Assembly (NCBI GenBank): GCA_036339875.1
Contig: JAYZAC010000097.1
Span: forward strand, 1-11,917
Length of the DNA stretch: 11,917 nt
From: a bacterium
GTDB lineage: Bacteria > Muiribacteriota > UBA6191
Reading direction: 5' to 3'
Under the pieces are notes generated by a model, which saw nothing but the letters and a program-made list of their open reading frames with translations, searched no databases and was not told where the DNA came from. Shown here piece by piece: positions 7,345-11,917 of the stretch; positions within the stretch are counted from its first letter, which is position 1, and each line of letters begins with the position of its first letter. Both the position numbers and the translations under genes were made by a program.

Positions 7345-7866
7345 TTAGAAATTCCAATCTGAAAACAGTGAATTCTTGAAGTTGGAGAATTCTTTGAATG
7401 ATTGTTTCATTTCCATCATATGCTTGTTCATCGCCACTATTTTATTCGTGAGAATTTTGCCTAAATTATGAGAAAGCTTGAATGCCATTAGCTCATTTTT
7501 GTGTAAGGCATCGATGAACCTTTCTTTACCTAAAAGTAAGGCGGTCGTTCTGACACACGCAGTTGCTGTACTCGTTCGATTACGTTTTTCTAGAAGAGCC
7601 ATTTCACCAAGTACCGTGGGAGCCTCTAATTCGGCCAGAACCCTAGGTGCCTTACCTTCTTCTTTAGTTTGAGTAACCTTTACTTTACCTTCAACCAAAA
7701 CATAAAGGCCATTAGGTTCTTGATTTGTTTCAAAAATAATTTGGTCAGGATTGTAAATAATTATATCTGTCATTTTTAAAAATTGATCAAATTCATCTTG
7801 GTTGAAAAACTCAAAAATTGGATTTGAATGATAACTCGATTTAAGTTCCTCTACAGATGCTTCCAC
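7345..7866 (-). CDS. Stand-alone cyclic nucleotide-binding domain protein (no HTH)
   Basis: IIFETNQEPNGLYVLVEGKVKV and phosphate-binding cassette LGEMALLEKRNRTSTATA. GTG start with SD AGGAG. Short helical tail ending FSDWNF. Confidence 0.9.
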   Translation of the reverse strand: MEASVEELKSSYHSNPIFEFFNQDEFDQFLKMTDIIIYNPDQIIFETNQEPNGLYVLVEGKVKVTQTKEEGKAPRVLAELEAPTVLGEMALLEKRNRTSTATACVRTTALLLGKERFIDALHKNELMAFKLSHNLGKILTNKIVAMNKHMMEMKQSFKEFSNFKNSLFSDWNF

Positions 7867-7889
7867 TTTAAAACTCCTAGTTATTTTAA

Positions 7890-9119
7890 TTACAGTCCAC
7901 TAAGTACGGTTGCTTTACCAACGCGGCCAATTGCTACAATGAATGCTGCTGTTCTAAGTGGTACGTTATACTTTTTGGCTACTTTACCTACAGTTTGGCA
8001 GGCTTTACGCATTCTCAATTTGAGACGCATGTTGATATCTTCTTCAGACCATTTGAATTGTTGTATATTTTGGGTCCATTCAAAGTAGCTTACGGTTACT
8101 CCCCCTGCATTCGCCAGAATGTCTGGAGCCACTGCAATTCCTCGTTTATCGAGTATCTCATCAGCCTCTGGTGTGACAGGTGAATTGGCTCCTTCGACTA
8201 CCATTTTACATCTCAGATGACTGGCGTTATCTTTATGAATAGTTCTGCCCAGAGCCGCGGGAATCAAAATGTCGCAATCTAATAATAATAAATCTTCGTT
8301 ACTAACATAATCATAACCCTCATAATCTTTGAGTAGTCCACCAAAACGAGTGTAGGCGGACAATGTTGGAATATCTAATCCTTCCGGACAATGTATCCCA
8401 CCAGAAACGTCACTAATTGCAATAACTTTAGCTCCCATTTCATGCAGAATGTTGGCGCAGTGTGAACCAACGTTGCCGAACCCCTGAATAACAAATTTGG
8501 TATTTAAGACGTCAAGGTTACGATCTTGCAGTAAGGTTTCGCATACATTTACGATTCCACGACCAGTAGCTGCTTCACGTCCCTCACTACCGTGGAGGTC
8601 AATGGGTTTGCCTGTAACTACCGCTGGACTGAAACCATTAATTTTACTATATTCATCCATAATCCAAGCCATGACTTGACCGTTGGTATTTACATCAGGT
8701 GCAGGAATATCTTTGTATGGGCCTATGTTTTCATGAATACTAGAAATAAATTTCCGTGTAACCTTTTCAACTTCTTTCTCTGACATTTTGGTTGGGTCAC
8801 AATTGATACCACCTTTAGCGCCTCCGAAAGGAATGTCGAGTAAGGCAGTCTTCCAAGTCATTAATGATCCCAAAGAAGCAGAGTGTTCAGCATCGACAGT
8901 TGGGTGGTATCTAAGTCCACCTTTCATGGGCCCGCGACCCTTATTGTGTTGAACTCGGTATCCTGTGTAGACGTTGATCTCACCATTATCATCTTCTACA
9001 GGAATTTGTACTTGAATAACGCGATACGGATCAGCCATCATTTTTTTGATATGTTGTCCAAGATCCATCGTATCAGCTGCGGTATTGAAATAGTAGAGCG
9101 TCTGGTCCAGGATACCCAT
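7890..9119 (-). CDS. gdhA: Glu/Leu/Phe/Val dehydrogenase, glutamate dehydrogenase
   Basis: GYRVQH, KGGLRYHP, MTWK, PFGGAKGG, DIPAPDVNT, VTGKP, ATGRG, GFGNVG, EGAN and PDILANAGGVTVSYFEW motifs. Confidence 0.95.
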   Translation of the reverse strand: MGILDQTLYYFNTAADTMDLGQHIKKMMADPYRVIQVQIPVEDDNGEINVYTGYRVQHNKGRGPMKGGLRYHPTVDAEHSASLGSLMTWKTALLDIPFGGAKGGINCDPTKMSEKEVEKVTRKFISSIHENIGPYKDIPAPDVNTNGQVMAWIMDEYSKINGFSPAVVTGKPIDLHGSEGREAATGRGIVNVCETLLQDRNLDVLNTKFVIQGFGNVGSHCANILHEMGAKVIAISDVSGGIHCPEGLDIPTLSAYTRFGGLLKDYEGYDYVSNEDLLLLDCDILIPAALGRTIHKDNASHLRCKMVVEGANSPVTPEADEILDKRGIAVAPDILANAGGVTVSYFEWTQNIQQFKWSEEDINMRLKLRMRKACQTVGKVAKKYNVPLRTAAFIVAIGRVGKATVLSGL

Positions 9120-9185
9120 ATTGAAGGCCTTTCTATCAACGTTTTCGAAACATTCTAATGTCTAGATTTTCGACACTGTAAATTG

Positions 9186-9194
9186 ATTCTAGCA
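9186..9194 (-). promoter_or_regulatory. Extended -10 (TGcTAGAAT) for gdhA
   Basis: Minus-strand TG-N-TAGAAT about 67 nt upstream of the gdhA ATG, in an AT-rich gap. Confidence 0.45.
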
Positions 9195-9249
9195 TAAGTT
9201 AAGTAAAGAAAAATTTTTAGAGGTACCCTTTTTTATCGATAGTCTACGT

Positions 9250-10059
9250 TTATAAATATTGATAAAAGCGACGACTTTTACGGTGATATATCATTCGTCC
9301 CAAAATATAAACTATAAAAGCAATACCAAGACTAGTTAAGTAAGCTGACCAAGACCATTGCCCTTGTCCCAAAATTGCGAAGCGGTAAAAATCGACATAT
9401 GCGCTGAACGGATTGAAAACTAAAAGCTCTTGTAAGGTGACAGGAACCATTTGTCTGGAGTAAACGATAGGAGTGGCAAAGAACCAAACCATGAGAAGGA
9501 TGTTAATTAATTGAACTAGGTCCCTGTAGAAAACAGTTAGAGCTCCGATTGCAAAGGCAAAGCCACATGCAAAGACAAATTTAACGGGTATAATGCATAG
9601 TAAATACGCCAGGTTTTCTGGAGATATTCCCTGATATTGGGCTACAAAAAGTACGAAAAGTAAAATAGCTACTATTTCTTGAATAAGTGCGGATACACTT
9701 ACATGAAGCGGCAAAAAACTTATTGGAAATTGTACTTGTTGAATCAAATGTCGATAGCTGAGTACTACATGCGAAGATTTTACGAGAGTTTCTTGAAATG
9801 CAAGCCATGGAATCATTCCAGAAAAAAGATATAAACCGAAGTCTACATGATTGCCACCTTCGGTTAAGCGAATTTTTAGAATAACTGAAAATAAGAGTAC
9901 GTACATTCCCATTAGAACGAGAGGATTTAAAATTGCCCATAAAAAACCTAAGGCAGAACCTACAAAGCGTTCAAAAAAGTCTCGATAGACTAATTTGTAA
10001 AACAAATTAGGGAATCGAGACAGATCGTCTATGCAAAATAATTTCAGTATTCTAGCCAT
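9250..10059 (-). CDS. ABC-2 type polysaccharide export permease (Wzm/RfbA/TagG-like)
   Basis: RDF.ERF.GSALGFLWAILNPL, YLFSGMIPWLAF, LI.QVQFP, YRDL.QL, WFFATPIVY and NPFS...DFYR motifs, with ~6 TM segments. The start is uncertain (10059 or 10092). Confidence 0.88.
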   Translation of the reverse strand: MARILKLFCIDDLSRFPNLFYKLVYRDFFERFVGSALGFLWAILNPLVLMGMYVLLFSVILKIRLTEGGNHVDFGLYLFSGMIPWLAFQETLVKSSHVVLSYRHLIQQVQFPISFLPLHVSVSALIQEIVAILLFVLFVAQYQGISPENLAYLLCIIPVKFVFACGFAFAIGALTVFYRDLVQLINILLMVWFFATPIVYSRQMVPVTLQELLVFNPFSAYVDFYRFAILGQGQWSWSAYLTSLGIAFIVYILGRMIYHRKSRRFYQYL

Positions 10060-10441
10060 TGATCCTGGTAGTTCCAAATGGGGCTGGGCCATCGTCGATA
10101 ATCAAAGTATTGTAATTGCACATGGTATTAATAGAGTCGAAGAATTGGATAAAAGTGTTGCTGAGTTGCATAAGGAGTATTCTTTTAAATGTATCATATT
10201 GGGTAATTTAACAGGTTCTAAGGAATACTATCGATGTTTAAGTTCTAATTTTTCCCATTTAACTATTGATTTTATTGATGAATCGAATTCAACACTGGAA
10301 GCTCGCAAGGTATATTTTGAATTCAATCCACCAAAAGGTTTATGGAAATTAATTCCTTTGAGTTTTCAAAGTCCTTCAGAAGATTATGATAACTATACCG
10401 CTATTGTGCTAGCTCGCCGCTATCTTAAAGTATCACAATGA
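10031..10441 (+). CDS. YqgF/RuvX-like RNase H-fold nuclease (short YqgFc-type)
   Basis: ILAIDPG..KWGWA, IILGNLTGS, IDESNSTLEAR..YF, PPKGLWKLIP and YDNYTAIVLARRYL motifs. Confidence 0.82.
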   Translation: MQNNFSILAIDPGSSKWGWAIVDNQSIVIAHGINRVEELDKSVAELHKEYSFKCIILGNLTGSKEYYRCLSSNFSHLTIDFIDESNSTLEARKVYFEFNPPKGLWKLIPLSFQSPSEDYDNYTAIVLARRYLKVSQ

Positions 10442-11844
10442 AAGTCTTTAATTTACACCGGTATAAACTGATACGATTACTTCGATCTACAGAGTTGAAC
10501 TTATCTATTTTTATACTAGTTCTAGTTTCTTTGATTCTAATCTTGATTGAGGTTTTCGCGCCCATTGAAAAGACTTATAAAGTTTACTTGCTGAGATTAA
10601 ACGACTTTATTACTTTTATCTTAATAATAGAATTACTATTACGCTGGCTAGTCGCTAGATCTACCAAGATATTTTTTAAAGCTCATTGGGTGGATATTCT
10701 TGCAGTTCTGCCACTTCTAAGAGTTTTCCGTCTTGGAAGTATGTCTTATCTTTTAAGATTTTTAAGAATCATATCTTTGGGTACTATACTAAGAAAACGA
10801 TTAAGATCACTAGCTATAGGTTTAAAAAGTCGCTTTATCGAGTATGGTCTTCTGATTGGATTTATGCTGTTTGCTTTAATATTTGGTGCAATCGGTTTAG
10901 CTGAATTTGAAGTTGGTATGGATAACAATCTAAAGGAACCGGTGGAAGCTTTCTGGAAGGCTTTGTTCTCTTTACTTGCAGGCGAATACGCAGATTATCC
11001 TGTTAGTTTAGGTGGGAAAATTACTTTTTTAATTCTTCTATTTTTTGAATTAAGTTTTTTTGCCTTTATAACCGGTACGGTTTCTGCGGTGATGATTGAA
11101 AAAATTAGGGAGAGTGGAATGAACAAGGTTAGTAATTGCAATGATCTCAATGATCATATAGTCATATGCGGATTTAGTACCAAAGTAGCTACAATTCTAG
11201 ACGAATTTTCAAAGGATCTAGAATTTTGTGAAAGAGAAGTAGTTTTGGTTTCACAACATGCTTCAGCGGAAAATCTACAGGAGATAGGCGCTTCTATGGA
11301 TAACCTCCTAGTCATTCAAGAAGATTATACTAATGTTGATGTTCTTACTCGCTCAGGAGTTAAAAATGCTCATCTTGCTATGATTTTAGCTGAAGATCTT
11401 GAAGGTAGGAATACTCACGATATTGATGCCCGAACTATTTTGGCAGCTTTGACAATTGAGAAGATTGAGCATGATGTTCATACTTGCGCTGAAATACATC
11501 ACGAAGAATATATAGATCATTTAAAGATGGGTGGCGTTAATGATGTATTGATTCGCGAAAAGATGACAGCGCGTTTGATGGCTCGTGTGGGACTAAATAA
11601 AGGTTTAATGAATTTTTTCGAGGATGTTCTAATTGGTGTAGATGGTAACACTTTAGATTTTATTAAAGTACCTCAGAACTTAGTAGGACAAAGCTTTGAA
11701 GTTCTTCTAAGTGCTATGTCGGGAAGTAATCAGGGCATAGCTTTGGGAGTTAAGCCTGCTCAAGGCAAACTTTTGATAAATCCTTTAGGAACTCTTATCA
11801 ACGATAGCGATCAAATTTTGATTTTACGTAATTTTAATGGTTAA
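10438..11844 (+). CDS. Voltage-sensor-containing 6TM ion channel with C-terminal RCK (TrkA_N/TrkA_C-like) domain
   Basis: S2 with IELLLRW, S3 WVDILAVLP, Arg-repeat S4, S5-pore-S6, RCK HIVICGF...AMILA...DARTILAALTIE, and C-terminal LINP...I...DQILIL. ATGA overlap with the upstream gene. Confidence 0.9.
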   Translation: MKVFNLHRYKLIRLLRSTELNLSIFILVLVSLILILIEVFAPIEKTYKVYLLRLNDFITFILIIELLLRWLVARSTKIFFKAHWVDILAVLPLLRVFRLGSMSYLLRFLRIISLGTILRKRLRSLAIGLKSRFIEYGLLIGFMLFALIFGAIGLAEFEVGMDNNLKEPVEAFWKALFSLLAGEYADYPVSLGGKITFLILLFFELSFFAFITGTVSAVMIEKIRESGMNKVSNCNDLNDHIVICGFSTKVATILDEFSKDLEFCEREVVLVSQHASAENLQEIGASMDNLLVIQEDYTNVDVLTRSGVKNAHLAMILAEDLEGRNTHDIDARTILAALTIEKIEHDVHTCAEIHHEEYIDHLKMGGVNDVLIREKMTARLMARVGLNKGLMNFFEDVLIGVDGNTLDFIKVPQNLVGQSFEVLLSAMSGSNQGIALGVKPAQGKLLINPLGTLINDSDQILILRNFNG

Positions 11845-11917
11845 TATTTACCGTAAATATAATGTTTGATTAGGTATCGAGCTCTAATCGTGTCGATAGA
11901 TAAACTGAGGTTATCGG
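11841..11917 (-). CDS. Possible 3' end of a convergent gene (partial)
   Basis: A minus frame is open from the window edge: DNLSLSIDTIRARYLIKHYIYGKY*. Its TAA shares the TTAA (11841-11844) with the channel stop codon. Confidence 0.35.
   Translation of the reverse strand, partial: DNLSLSIDTIRARYLIKHYIYGKY

Noticed and set aside
7478..9158. Plus-strand ORFs 7478-7672, 7828-8088, 7995-8183, 8497-8679, 8592-8783 and 8883-9158
   Set aside because: Antisense to the well-supported cNMP and gdhA genes, with no recognisable motifs.
9581..9940. 119-aa alternative-frame ORF inside the permease gene
   Set aside because: Ser/Arg-rich off-frame composition; entirely nested in a conserved CDS.
10686..10928. 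ORFs 10686-10904 (+) and 10746-10928 (-)
   Set aside because: Nested in the channel's TM region; typical off-frame artefacts.

Overview
AT-rich chromosomal window from a diderm (LPS-producing) bacterium. It contains the 3' end of a probable kdsC, then lptC-lptA-lptB. A 628-bp 'intergenic' gap follows, which hides an unannotated 56-aa minus-strand ORF with its own SD, terminator, folded mRNA and upstream CRP-like box. Next come a DUF3900/DUF3898-like protein, an unannotated 56-aa YjfB-like protein and a UbiB/ABC1 kinase. A convergent minus-strand cluster holds an orphan Wzm-type permease, glutamate dehydrogenase, a stand-alone cNMP-binding protein, an exported helical protein and a 72-aa protein. 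The window ends with a YqgF-like RNase H-fold gene coupled to a 6TM+RCK ion channel whose pore loop lacks the TVGYG K+ signature. No rRNA, tRNA, CRISPR array or mobile element was seen. Family assignments come from motif recognition by eye, not from database searches.
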